Shown here one piece after another: positions 27,201 to 35,975 of a DNA stretch of 64,000 nt. How positions within the stretch are numbered: position 1 is the first letter of the stretch; every line of letters starts with the position of its first letter. The stretch covers positions 17,656 to 81,655 of the forward strand of contig JAGLME010000014.1 of NCBI GenBank assembly GCA_023140195.1, read 5' to 3'. Origin of the DNA: Thermoplasmata archaeon (lineage in GTDB: Archaea; Thermoplasmatota; Thermoplasmata; RBG-16-68-12; SOIM01). The position numbers and the translations under genes are program-made. The notes under the pieces were generated by a model. That model was not told the DNA's origin, did not search any database, and saw only the letters and a program-made list of their open reading frames with translations.

Positions 27201-28233
27201 TGTAGGCGTTAACCACCTGATTCCAGCTCCGAATGCCATGCTCACCTGGAGTTCCACTTCTGTTGATGTTCTCGCTGATGCTTTCAATACGACGACTCTG
27301 ACTGTCGACACTAATTCCAGCATCACCGACGGAGATTACACTCTCACATTCTGGGCCAATGATGGCGGGCCGGATGTGAACGATGATACTATTCTCAACG
27401 TTTCCACCTCACCACCCGGTACCATTTCAGGATCCGTCAAAGACGAGAACGGCGACCCCATTGAGAACGCGGACGTGGAATTGATAGACAATAACACTCA
27501 GCTCGTGGACTCAACGACCACGGACAGCCTTGGTTTCTACGAGTTCACCGATGTCGATCCCGGTTCCTACACCGTCAAGGCCAGCAAGACCGGCTACAGG
27601 GACGATGAAAAGTCTGTCACCTTAGCAGGCGGTGAGGACAAGACCCAGGATCTCGAACTTAAGTTCGGCTCCATCGAAGGCGTAGTGGTCGATGAGAACG
27701 GTGACCCAGTTCCCGACGCAACCGTTCAAGTGCTCGACGAGAACGGCGATGTGGTAGGAACAGACACAACCAACTCCCAAGGGAGGTTCGAGATCGATGA
27801 TCTTCTGTTGGGGACGTATACCGTCAGAATATCTGCTGATGGCTTCAAGACCCTGACGGTGGACGGTGTCGAGATCACTGACACGCCGACCAATGAGTTG
27901 GAAGACCAGACACTGACCGAAGAGGTCACAGGCAACTTCCTCGCCGACTACTGGTGGCTACTGCTCATCATAATCATAATCGTGGTTGTGTTGATACTGG
28001 TGCTCATGTTGGCCAAGAGGAAGAAACCCGCTCCAGAGGAAGCACCTCCCGAGTATGCGACTGCGCAGGTCCCAGCAGAACAGGCACCGCCTTACCAGGA
28101 GGCACCTGCGGAACAGCCCCCATACCAGGAGGCCCCGCCAGAGCAATACCCACCACAGGAACCGCAGCCAGAGACACCTCCCGAGGAGACTCCCCCGGAG
28201 ACACCTCCGGAAGGATACCCTCCTGAAGAGTAG
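24253..28233 (+). CDS. giant surface protein: BNR/Asp-box beta-propeller, Ig-like repeats, carboxypeptidase-regulatory-like domains, TM helix, Pro-rich cytoplasmic tail
   Basis: ORF opens at 24157; the likely start is ATG 24253, just before the signal anchor FALIVFAVLVTSAMGVLV. Asp-boxes STDGGTTW, SDDGVTWT, STDQGVSY, SEDRAGTF. Repeated YTVTVTS.NGY.G modules. GSVKDENGDPIENADVEL-type domains. TM WWLLLIIIIIVVVLILVLML and a PPxY/PPYQEAP tail. Confidence 0.85.
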   Translation: MMKKTLSSVSEPERIWKYRGFALIVFAVLVTSAMGVLVSSFAAFAGQTETANGLPEMEALGDDWPEPTGALGSGWIADQLAEGLSNDAASPSITTGPGGTLHAAYESFSVAAGYQIAYTNSTDGGTTWNPIGLAGYNVEDDLNPDIAVSPADGRIFVAFERHVLLQDVDLHIAYSDDGVTWTQVVIDPGVTEYINPSIVVEHNQGATYNVYVAIEEFFGDPDNVNIHLFRSTDQGVSYTEQLYLGSPPDPSVYTDPDLAYQRGPDLIDRLYMVYAYGNDAVDTQNIGLLWSEDRAGTFSATTVRLDTALVYYPTIAASRDGDTILTAWQVNTVGDYLIRYAYQLDTTNPGAVWNFASRDSLGANDYAPKLSVDGEGTTSDAIAGNYHLIWTVGTGFNYLNYTSRSTALDIDPWTAIETIDDLVSGPSVFLPVKGLTTQNRDGTWYPAAVWTDSRSGGSDDIYYVTPGMRSTVDAVPGTRVLDVDGVLFADPRTFDWPAGTLHDIFAPSPQAGAPGQQFAWNSWSDAGAQLHTVTATTTDATYTAQFSVQYEVVLDTSPTGLKAWVDGMEVSTPLAYWWDDGSLHDLDVTSPQPGPIPLQRYVWNSWSDAGPQSHQISVTMADTITANFGLEDEMTIEAWDQTNLVPLPDVPVYIDGPQVGITPHVAWLNNGQMYDIGVQDPYNDGVNDYNFVDWDFGLTANPAPVTGWGSIIANYDEAPPTAFSLEVAPLTRTINPGDMTTTFTITLKSLSGYAGDVLLSATALPDTLLLPAGPASAAFSPNPATVPLGGQVTSTLTIDNTATVPDDIYTITVVGVDTVSAAISDSNDTELIVVTPTFDVTATPLTLTRGPGQDAIYTVTVTSVNGYEGDVGLNATALPGGLLPPGPGIATFVPSVVSVPLAGSAQSTLTISNTGAVSDATYTITIIGDDPSGTDAFNVDLIVTTVPFFTMDATPATQQVSPGGVAAYTVTITSYNAYVGTVDVGVNHLIPAPNAMLTWSSTSVDVLADAFNTTTLTVDTNSSITDGDYTLTFWANDGGPDVNDDTILNVSTSPPGTISGSVKDENGDPIENADVELIDNNTQLVDSTTTDSLGFYEFTDVDPGSYTVKASKTGYRDDEKSVTLAGGEDKTQDLELKFGSIEGVVVDENGDPVPDATVQVLDENGDVVGTDTTNSQGRFEIDDLLLGTYTVRISADGFKTLTVDGVEITDTPTNELEDQTLTEEVTGNFLADYWWLLLIIIIIVVVLILVLMLAKRKKPAPEEAPPEYATAQVPAEQAPPYQEAPAEQPPYQEAPPEQYPPQEPQPETPPEETPPETPPEGYPPEE

Positions 28234-28376
28234 GATCTCCGGGAATCGGTCAATGCACATCAAGTCTGGTCTAGCACAAGACCAGCCAGTCTTCCTTTAT
28301 TTCGACTCATGGAATCATTTCTAGCCTTGGCTCCCGATGCGTCTCAGCACTCATAGGGTTAATCATCCTCGAAAGG
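27931..28376 (+). repeat. near-identical 3' coding end plus downstream flank shared with 31990-32461
   Basis: By-eye alignment shows long perfect runs (for example about 95 nt covering the TM helix) and one 27-nt indel in the Pro-rich tail. Similarity continues about 140 nt past the stop codon. Confidence 0.85.
28266..28303 (+). terminator. conserved stem-loop plus T-rich tract after BNR gene 1
   Basis: CTGGTC-tagcacaa-GACCAG followed by CCAGTCTTCCTTTATTTC. The same structure occurs at 32352-32389. Confidence 0.4.
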
Positions 28377-28422
28377 AATGAAAGGCACCTTGGAAAAGCC
28401 CAAGGAAAATAGGCGGAGTACT

Positions 28423-28458
28423 CACCATCAAATGGTCCTCCGTACCCCTGTCCAGCAA
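28423..28458 (+). promoter_or_regulatory. second copy of conserved upstream element
   Basis: See 24046-24081. Followed by AAGTTTAAGTATCC (about 28510-28523). Confidence 0.4.
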
Positions 28459-28617
28459 TTAACATCGTTATGTTTCGGGTAGCCCAGCATTTTGGCTCGA
28501 ACACACTAAGTTTAAGTATCCTTATGGAATTCATCTGACAGATTCCCCGATTGCGAAGGATGCAACTCTGAAGTGGATGGCTATCCTCGTTGGGGGGTTC
28601 TGGATATGGTAGGAGGA

Positions 28618-31600
28618 ATGAATCCAATGAGAAAGAATTCGAATAATGTGAGCGGGAAGAACAGGACTATCGGCATGCTAGCCATCGCCGCTTTCTTGGT
28701 GCTCTTCGCTTCCACGTTGGGCGTGGGATGGATATCCCTTAGCGCTGTGGCCGGTACGTCGGAAATCGACTGGATGGGTGATATTGGTCCGGAACCAACT
28801 GGTGGTTGGGGAAGCGGATGGATAAACGACACGGTCTTTGACCAGGTCGCGGTGGATTGCCGGAATCCAGCTATCGCTACAGGAGCAGGGAACTCACTGC
28901 ATGCCACCATACAATGCAATGTTTTCATCGGAGGTTGGAACATCTATTATGCCTTGTCGACCGATGGTGGAGCGACGTGGGGCGGATGGGACTTGGTCGC
29001 AAATTCCGCTGTTGCCGAAACGAATCCTGACATCTCTGTGCATCCAAGTCAAGACCGGATCTTCATAGCGTACGAACTATTGGCTGGTGCTGGCGATAAT
29101 GACATATATGTTGCCTATTCTGACGACGGTGCCACTTGGACGAACGTTCTTGTCATCAGCTCGCCCCAGAATCAGGTGAACCCAAGCGTATTGACCGAGC
29201 ATGATAACACTGGCGCGGCCTATGATGTATGGGTAGCATTCGAGCATCAGGTTGACGCTAACAACATAAACGCCATGGTTTGGAGGAGCATCGATCAGGG
29301 CGCAACATGGAGCATAGCATTGAACCATGGCGGAGCTGATCAGAACACATACGTTGATCCTGACTTGGCTTATATGCAGTGCACGGACGGTATCGACAGG
29401 CTGTACGTCGTATTCCAGGAAGGAGTCGATGCCGGTGACATGACGGACATCACATACGTGGTGTCTGAAAATGACGGAACCACCTGGCTCGCTCCCGTGA
29501 CATTCAGAACTGGAGCGAACACGGTTTCATATCCGACAATAGCAGCCTCCAGAGATGGAGACCTCGTCATGGCAGCCTGGCAAGTCAATGCGGCTGACGC
29601 GTACATAGAGTACTCCTACGATCACACTCCCGATACTCCGCTTACGGGCTGGGGCGGTGGCACCATTCGATGGGACACCGATACCAATGGGTTCGATGAT
29701 CTTGCCCCCGAGTTGAAGACCGACGGCGAGGGCATCTTCTCCAATACGATTGGTGGCAATATCTACCTTGTCTGGACTCAGGGCTCTGGGGAAAATGACG
29801 TTGTCATGTCTCAGGCGGCAGTAAGTGGATTTGGCTTCGCTGGAGCTCCTATTGAAATATCTGATACACGCGCATCTGGGTCAATCATTGTCAAAGGTCT
29901 CACAACACGAATGGGTCCGAATGATGGGTTGTGGTATCCGGCTGTGACTTTCATATTTTGGTCAACTCTATATGAAGGGATGTACACTACCCCAGGGATG
30001 CGGTCAATCGTTGACACAAACCCCTCCGGTCTGGGTACCAATGTCGACGGAACGCCGTTGACGGCACCTCAGTACTACATATGGCCCGCAGGCTATAACC
30101 ACGACCTTTGGGCACCTTCTCCACAGGCCGCCGGTCCTGGAAACCAATATAGTTGGGTCGACTGGAGCGACGCTGGAGCGCAAGGCCATGCAATAACGGC
30201 AGGAACAGTTGACATCAATTACACGGCGAACTACGACAGACAAGTCTGGATTGATATCTTTGGCTGGGACACGACCAACCTCGTCAATTTGAACGGCATA
30301 GTGGTTACAGGCGGTCCATCACCAGGGACGACTCCGTACGGAGACTGGTTCAATGATGGCCAGCTTTACAATATGGGTGTCGAAGATCCGTATAACGATG
30401 GTTTCAACGACTTTATCTTCGTGGATTGGAACACTGGATCAAATCAGAATCCGCTGCCATACACACCAATAGCCCCGGACCAGCTTACGGCTAACTATGT
30501 CCAAGTTCCGTCAACCTACTTCAGTCTCACAGTGAATCCACCTTCAGTTTCCGTATCATCGGGGGACATCGCGACTTATACAGTGACGGTCCAGTCGCAC
30601 AATGGGTACACCGGTAATGTGGATCTCACCACGGTTGCGAATCCGGGCGTCGAGAACTTTGCTCCACCGACTGTGTCTCCTCCCGCCGACGGTTCGATTA
30701 CCTCGACACTGACCATAGACACCGCGGCAGTGGCGGACGGCACATATCCGTTCACAATAGAAGGATTTGACGGACTGTTCACCAACAACACTGCAGCCGA
30801 GCTTGTCATTGCTACGCCGTACTTCAAGATTGATGTGATTCCGACAACAAGATTGATCGCGCCTGGCGAGACTACAACATACACGGTCAACGTGTCATCG
30901 TTCGTCGGCTACAATGGCCAAGTGGATTTGAACGTCACCGGCGTTCCGGCACCGGCATCCGGTAGCTTCACTCCTGACATAGTGACAGTTCCAGCTGACG
31001 GATACATACTGTCTACACTGGAGATCACCGGCACGGCTGGAGTATCTGACGCGGTGTATCAGCTGACAATCACCGGCGACGACTACACTCTGCCACAAGA
31101 GGTTCAGATCGTGGACCTCGATGTGCAGACGGTTCCATTGTTCTCGATTGGTGCTAGTCCCATTTTGAACCAGGTCAGCCCAGGAGGCTCAGCGGACTAC
31201 GTCATAACCTTCACATCGTTCAACGGCTATTGGGGAAATGTCAGCGTAAGTGTTGAGCATTCCATACTTTCCACACATGCAACATTCTCATTCGCTTCCC
31301 CTGTTGACGTACCACCACCCTCGAATTCCACCACGATCACAATCACAACAACTGCCAGCATACCCGACGGAGACTACACGATAACCGTCTACGGTGAGGA
31401 TCCCTTGCTTCCAGCGAACCGCAGGAACAAGAGCATCCAGATCACCCTGAACGTCTCCAGCATGGTGCCAGGGACCATTTCCGGAACAGTCACGGACCAG
31501 AACGGTGATACTGTCGAGGATGCTGATGTGGAGTTGCAGGATGATCAGGGCAACCCAGTTGAGACGACCCAGACGGACAACTTTGGCGTCTACTCATTCA

Positions 31601-32319
31601 CTGACGTCGATCCAGGCGACTACACCGTCATAGCCACGAAGACCGGTTATAAGAGTGATCAAGGCGACGTGACTCTCGGATCCGGCGGATCCGAAACGCG
31701 AGACCTTCAGATCGAACAGGGAACGATCAGGGGAAAAGTGGTCGACGAGGACGGGAAGGGCATTGAGGATGCCGACGTGGAACTGCGCGACGATAACGGC
31801 GATCTTGTGCGCGAAACGAAGACGGACGCCGGCGGTAACTTCCGCTTCGATGACCTGCCGTTGGGAACATACACGGTCATAATCAAAGCCAGTGGCTACG
31901 ATACCCGCACGGAAGACGGAATCGTGGTCGACGAGGACGACAATGTTAATAACCTCGGATCGCTGGATGTGACCCCGGAGGCCGCGGCTGGCAACTTCCT
32001 CGCCGACTACTGGTGGCTACTGCTCATCATAATCATAATCGTGGTTGTGTTGATACTGGTGCTCATGTTGGCCAAGAGGAAGAAGCCAGCCCCAGAGGAA
32101 GCACCGCCCGAGTATGCGACGGCACAGGTTCCAGAAGGACAGGCACCTCCCTACCAGGAGGCACCTGCGGAACAGCCCCCATACCAGGAGGCCCCGCCAG
32201 AGCAATATCCACCACAGGAACCACAGCCAGAGCAGTACCCCGAGGAACCGCAGCCAGAGACACCTCCAGAGGAAACTCCCCCGGAGACACCTCCGGAAGG
32301 ATATCCTCCTGAAGAGTAG
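28618..32319 (+). CDS. giant surface protein, paralogue of 24253-28233
   Basis: ATG 28618 is preceded by AGGAGG (the ORF opens at 28573). Signal anchor MLAIAAFLVLFAS. Asp-boxes STDGGATW, SDDGATWT, SIDQGATW, SENDGTTW. Same domain order, same TM helix and Pro-rich tail. Confidence 0.85.
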   Translation: MNPMRKNSNNVSGKNRTIGMLAIAAFLVLFASTLGVGWISLSAVAGTSEIDWMGDIGPEPTGGWGSGWINDTVFDQVAVDCRNPAIATGAGNSLHATIQCNVFIGGWNIYYALSTDGGATWGGWDLVANSAVAETNPDISVHPSQDRIFIAYELLAGAGDNDIYVAYSDDGATWTNVLVISSPQNQVNPSVLTEHDNTGAAYDVWVAFEHQVDANNINAMVWRSIDQGATWSIALNHGGADQNTYVDPDLAYMQCTDGIDRLYVVFQEGVDAGDMTDITYVVSENDGTTWLAPVTFRTGANTVSYPTIAASRDGDLVMAAWQVNAADAYIEYSYDHTPDTPLTGWGGGTIRWDTDTNGFDDLAPELKTDGEGIFSNTIGGNIYLVWTQGSGENDVVMSQAAVSGFGFAGAPIEISDTRASGSIIVKGLTTRMGPNDGLWYPAVTFIFWSTLYEGMYTTPGMRSIVDTNPSGLGTNVDGTPLTAPQYYIWPAGYNHDLWAPSPQAAGPGNQYSWVDWSDAGAQGHAITAGTVDINYTANYDRQVWIDIFGWDTTNLVNLNGIVVTGGPSPGTTPYGDWFNDGQLYNMGVEDPYNDGFNDFIFVDWNTGSNQNPLPYTPIAPDQLTANYVQVPSTYFSLTVNPPSVSVSSGDIATYTVTVQSHNGYTGNVDLTTVANPGVENFAPPTVSPPADGSITSTLTIDTAAVADGTYPFTIEGFDGLFTNNTAAELVIATPYFKIDVIPTTRLIAPGETTTYTVNVSSFVGYNGQVDLNVTGVPAPASGSFTPDIVTVPADGYILSTLEITGTAGVSDAVYQLTITGDDYTLPQEVQIVDLDVQTVPLFSIGASPILNQVSPGGSADYVITFTSFNGYWGNVSVSVEHSILSTHATFSFASPVDVPPPSNSTTITITTTASIPDGDYTITVYGEDPLLPANRRNKSIQITLNVSSMVPGTISGTVTDQNGDTVEDADVELQDDQGNPVETTQTDNFGVYSFTDVDPGDYTVIATKTGYKSDQGDVTLGSGGSETRDLQIEQGTIRGKVVDEDGKGIEDADVELRDDNGDLVRETKTDAGGNFRFDDLPLGTYTVIIKASGYDTRTEDGIVVDEDDNVNNLGSLDVTPEAAAGNFLADYWWLLLIIIIIVVVLILVLMLAKRKKPAPEEAPPEYATAQVPEGQAPPYQEAPAEQPPYQEAPPEQYPPQEPQPEQYPEEPQPETPPEETPPETPPEGYPPEE

Positions 32320-32461
32320 GATTTCTGGGAATTGGTCAATGCACATCAAGGCTGGTCAAGCACAAGACCAGCCAGTCCTCCTCTATTTCAATCCCTAAAA
32401 TCCTTTCCAGCCACAGCTTTCAATGTGTCTCAGCACTCATAGGGCTAATCATCCCCGAAGG
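31990..32461 (+). repeat. second copy of homogenised 3' end/flank
   Basis: See 27931-28376. Confidence 0.85.
32352..32389 (+). terminator. conserved stem-loop plus T-rich tract after BNR gene 2
   Basis: CTGGTC-aagcacaa-GACCAG followed by CCAGTCCTCCTCTATTTC. Confidence 0.4.
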
Positions 32462-32605
32462 TCATCTAACCCTCTTCTCATCACAGACGTTCTCAGAATG
32501 CAACTCCTCGATTATAAGGCTTGTCAAGCCTCCCAGCAGGCATCAGAGTATCAAGTTGGCACTTTGTCACGAAATCTTTATGAGAAATGAGCCGATAGTC
32601 GCGAA

Positions 32606-34975
32606 TTGATGGAACTCCCGCCGGGCAAAACGGTCGAATCCCTTTTCGGAGGAAGAGACGTGCTTGTCAGTCTACTTGACAGCCTGAACCAGCACAATCT
32701 GACCGGCTTCATCAGGACCAGCCTGTTTCGGGACGATGTTCGGTCCGAGGGCATGATGGTATTCCACAAAGGATCAGCGGTGATGGCCGACCACAAGTCG
32801 GATTCGTATCTGCTGGGTGTTGATTCAATCAGGGAGATCCTGCGGGATTCTCTGGACGAAGACTGCGTTCTGGAGGTCCATTCGTATGATTACAAATCCT
32901 CCATGATAAGCATCCCACATCTTGCTGGCAATCACCCTGATGCTGCGGTTTCGGATCTGCCAAACATGGTCTCTCTTTTGACCGAAGTTGAGTCCGAGGA
33001 GCGGAGGCGAAGGGAGGAACACCTCAGGGAGCTCGAGGAGAGGGAGGTCCGTGCGGACAAGGCCACTGCAGACCTTGAGGCATTGCAGGGCCAGAAGATC
33101 AGGTTCGAGCAGGAACAGAGGAAGTATCAACAGCAGGAAGAGGAACTTCGACATCTCCGGGAGGAGATGCAGACGGTCAAGGACAAGAGCCTAGAACTGA
33201 TGAGCCAGATCAGCGTCCAGAGGGAGAAGGAGCAGGCCCTGTCCGAAGCCGAGAAGAAGCTGGAACAGATCAAACTCAGCAAAGAGAGGGAGGAGCTCAA
33301 GGATTTCGGTCTGAGACTCCAGGCAAAAGAGAAGGAACTTCTGGGAAAGGAAAGGGAACTCAGCGGTATGGAAACGGCACTGGCGGCAATAGAGGAGCAG
33401 AGAGAGAACGAGAAACAACTCCTCAATCGGGAGAGGACCGAACTGAACAACATATGGAAGGAACTGTCCAATGAGACCGGTCGGATCTCCGAGGCCAGAA
33501 AGCTCTTCGAGAAGAGGGCCGAGGAAGCAATCCACAGGGAGAAGGAACTGGCCAGAATGGAAGGAACCCTAGAGAAGCTCAAGGACAAGCAGGAATCCGA
33601 GAAGCATGAGATGGATGAGGATCAAACACTCCTCAAGGAGAAGGAGGCCGAGCTGGAGAAGAAGGAGGAGTCTGCGGACCAAAGGGCAAAGGAGCTCGAG
33701 TCACTTCATTCCAGATTGAAGGATCTGGATAACGCCCTCAAGAACAGGGAGAATGAGATCAGGTCTCTGGAAAAGGATGCCAAATCCGAAGGTAAAGGGC
33801 TCCGGTCCGAGATGGACAAGCTGGTTGCCGAAAAGATGTCTCTTGACAACATCGACTCGGATATGAAGGAGAGGGAGAGGGATCTCAGGAGCTCGGAGAA
33901 GAAGCTCCAGAAGAGGGAGAAGGAGTTCGAACGGAAGTTCAGGGCCCTGGAGGACGATAGAAAGGAGCTGGATGCCACCAAGAAAGAACTGGATATGAAG
34001 AAGGTCCAGAACGCAGCCTGGTACCAGAAGGTGGAGAACAGGTCAAAGTCACTCATTGAATTGGAGGAGGAGCTCAAGAGCAGGAGCTCCCGGGCGAAGA
34101 AGCAGTTGGCCGAGGCGAAGAAGAGGACCAAGATCGCGAACCAGATGGAGAGGGAGCTCAAAAAGAGGCGGTCAGAACTTGACAGATTTGAGTTCGAGTT
34201 GGCGGCGGTCTCAAAGGACCTGGAGGCGCGGGAAGGATCGTCCGAGAAGAAGGATCATCGACTTGCCATGAAGGAGATCGAACTGGAGGAGAAGTTCTCG
34301 GTCATCAAGAATGGCCTGGAGGACAAGAAGGCAACCGCCGAAGAGAAGGCCAAAGATCTGGAATCCAGGGGGAGGTCCTTAGATGAATTCGACGGGGAAT
34401 TAGTTTCAAGAGAACGCGAGCTGGAAGAACTGGAGAAGAACCTCCTCGTGAAGAAGAAGGAAATGATGTCCTTGGAGAAGAAACTGGAGAAGACGGCGAG
34501 TTCGCTTCGATTGACCGAGGATGAGCTGGCCAAACGGACAGAGATGTCCAGAGAGCGTGCAGAGAAGGAATCCAAGGACCTGAATAAGAAGGAAAAGAAG
34601 CTCAAGAGCAAAGAAACCTCACTCACTTCCCAGGAGAAGGAACTCTCCCAGCTGGAGGAGACCCTAGGGGCCAGGGAGAAGGACCTAACTGACAGGGCTT
34701 CTGGACTGAGGATTGGCCTGGTCGAGATCGAAAAGGAGAAGGATGAGCTGGGTGAGACGCAAGAAAGGCTGTCCGCCCTTGAGAAGAAGCTGAAGAAGAG
34801 AGAAATCAGGGCCACAGCAAAAGAGAAGCGGACCAAGGAGAAGCTGGAAAAAGAGCTCGTCCAGAAGGAGAGGGAGCTTGCTCAGAAGGAACAGAGGCTT
34901 CTGGAGAAGGAGAAGCAACTTGCCAAAAGCGCACAGGAACTGGAAGAGCTCAAGGAGAGCCTCCGGTCGCTCTAA
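32606..34975 (+). CDS. coiled-coil-rich protein with ~130-aa globular N-terminal domain
   Basis: 789 aa. After the N-terminal domain there are about 650 residues of E/K/R/L-rich heptad-like sequence with no P-loop. TTG 32606 or ATG 32609. Confidence 0.8.
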   Translation: MMELPPGKTVESLFGGRDVLVSLLDSLNQHNLTGFIRTSLFRDDVRSEGMMVFHKGSAVMADHKSDSYLLGVDSIREILRDSLDEDCVLEVHSYDYKSSMISIPHLAGNHPDAAVSDLPNMVSLLTEVESEERRRREEHLRELEEREVRADKATADLEALQGQKIRFEQEQRKYQQQEEELRHLREEMQTVKDKSLELMSQISVQREKEQALSEAEKKLEQIKLSKEREELKDFGLRLQAKEKELLGKERELSGMETALAAIEEQRENEKQLLNRERTELNNIWKELSNETGRISEARKLFEKRAEEAIHREKELARMEGTLEKLKDKQESEKHEMDEDQTLLKEKEAELEKKEESADQRAKELESLHSRLKDLDNALKNRENEIRSLEKDAKSEGKGLRSEMDKLVAEKMSLDNIDSDMKERERDLRSSEKKLQKREKEFERKFRALEDDRKELDATKKELDMKKVQNAAWYQKVENRSKSLIELEEELKSRSSRAKKQLAEAKKRTKIANQMERELKKRRSELDRFEFELAAVSKDLEAREGSSEKKDHRLAMKEIELEEKFSVIKNGLEDKKATAEEKAKDLESRGRSLDEFDGELVSRERELEELEKNLLVKKKEMMSLEKKLEKTASSLRLTEDELAKRTEMSRERAEKESKDLNKKEKKLKSKETSLTSQEKELSQLEETLGAREKDLTDRASGLRIGLVEIEKEKDELGETQERLSALEKKLKKREIRATAKEKRTKEKLEKELVQKERELAQKEQRLLEKEKQLAKSAQELEELKESLRSL

Positions 34976-35895
34976 TCGCCCCTTCCGATATCCACCATCC
35001 TCTGCAATGGTATTTTCGCCAGACGCATCGTTTCATCGTCAAGTTCAATGGCTGGGCTGAGATTTCTCAATGATTCAAGGACATTCTCGATTCGTATCTG
35101 CTTCATGTTGGGACAGACCGCTCTCTTTCCGAAGTAGAACTGCTTGTCTGGGTGTGCCTTTCTCAAACGATGACCCAATTCCCGTTCCGTTCCGACAATG
35201 AACTCTCTTGAGTCCGAGGACTTCACGTATTTGACCATTCCCTCGGTCGAAAAGACCTCGTCTGCGATGTCCACCACTTCGCTGGTGCATTCAGGGTGGA
35301 CTATTATGATCGCCTCAGGGTGATCCTCCTTCAGGTCCAGAATGTCCTCTTTCGTTATCCGAACGTGGGTCCTGCAGTAACCAGGCCAGAGGATTATCTC
35401 CTTGTCCTTGACCGATCTCTTCACCCAATTGCCCAGGTGTTCGTCTGGTACGAAAATGACCTTGTCCTCCGGCACTCTGGAGACGATCTTCACGGCGTTG
35501 GATGATGTGCAACAATAATCGCTGACCGCTTTCACCTCAGCGGTGGTATTGACGTACGAGACCACGGCGGCCCCAGGATGTTCGTTCTTGAATGCCAGTA
35601 CCGTTTCCCTATCGGCCATTGCTGCCATTGGGCATTTTGCGATCAGATGCGGAGGAACGATGGGATGTACCACCTTCTTGTCCGGGTTCAGTATCTTCGC
35701 GGACTCCGCCATGAAGTCCACACCGCAGAAGATTATGTTCTTACTGTCAACCTTGGACGCTTCCATCGCAAGGCCGAGAGAATCCCCCAAAAAGTCTGCC
35801 ACATCCTGGATCTCCGGCCTCTGGTAGTTATGCGCCAGGAGTATAGCGTCCTGCTCCCCCTTCAGCCGGGCTATCTCCCCGGCGATGTCTTGCAT
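34972..35895 (-). CDS. nadA: quinolinate synthase
   Basis: AILLAHNYQRPEIQDVADFLGDSLGLA, FCGVDFMAESAKIL and HPEC motifs. Preferred start is the internal ATG at 35895 (the ORF opens at 35985). Confidence 0.88.
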   Translation of the reverse strand: MQDIAGEIARLKGEQDAILLAHNYQRPEIQDVADFLGDSLGLAMEASKVDSKNIIFCGVDFMAESAKILNPDKKVVHPIVPPHLIAKCPMAAMADRETVLAFKNEHPGAAVVSYVNTTAEVKAVSDYCCTSSNAVKIVSRVPEDKVIFVPDEHLGNWVKRSVKDKEIILWPGYCRTHVRITKEDILDLKEDHPEAIIIVHPECTSEVVDIADEVFSTEGMVKYVKSSDSREFIVGTERELGHRLRKAHPDKQFYFGKRAVCPNMKQIRIENVLESLRNLSPAIELDDETMRLAKIPLQRMVDIGRGD

Positions 35896-35975
35896 GGCGG
35901 TGGAATACCTGAATCTCTGCTTAAACTTTTTCTGGTGCGGAAAGACATATAAGAAGGGAGGTTTTACTCTCGAAT

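Noticed and set aside
27954-28324. Alternative-frame and antisense ORFs over the Pro-rich tails (also 32013-32398)
   Set aside because: These are Arg/His/Gly-rich translations of CCx/GAG repeats. They are conserved only because the underlying tail sequence is duplicated.
33127-34918. Minus-strand Ser/Leu/Phe-rich ORFs (33127-33588, 33706-34161, 34255-34836) inside the coiled-coil gene
   Set aside because: Complementing GAG/AAG/CTC-rich coiled-coil codons automatically produces open antisense frames. There is no independent signal.
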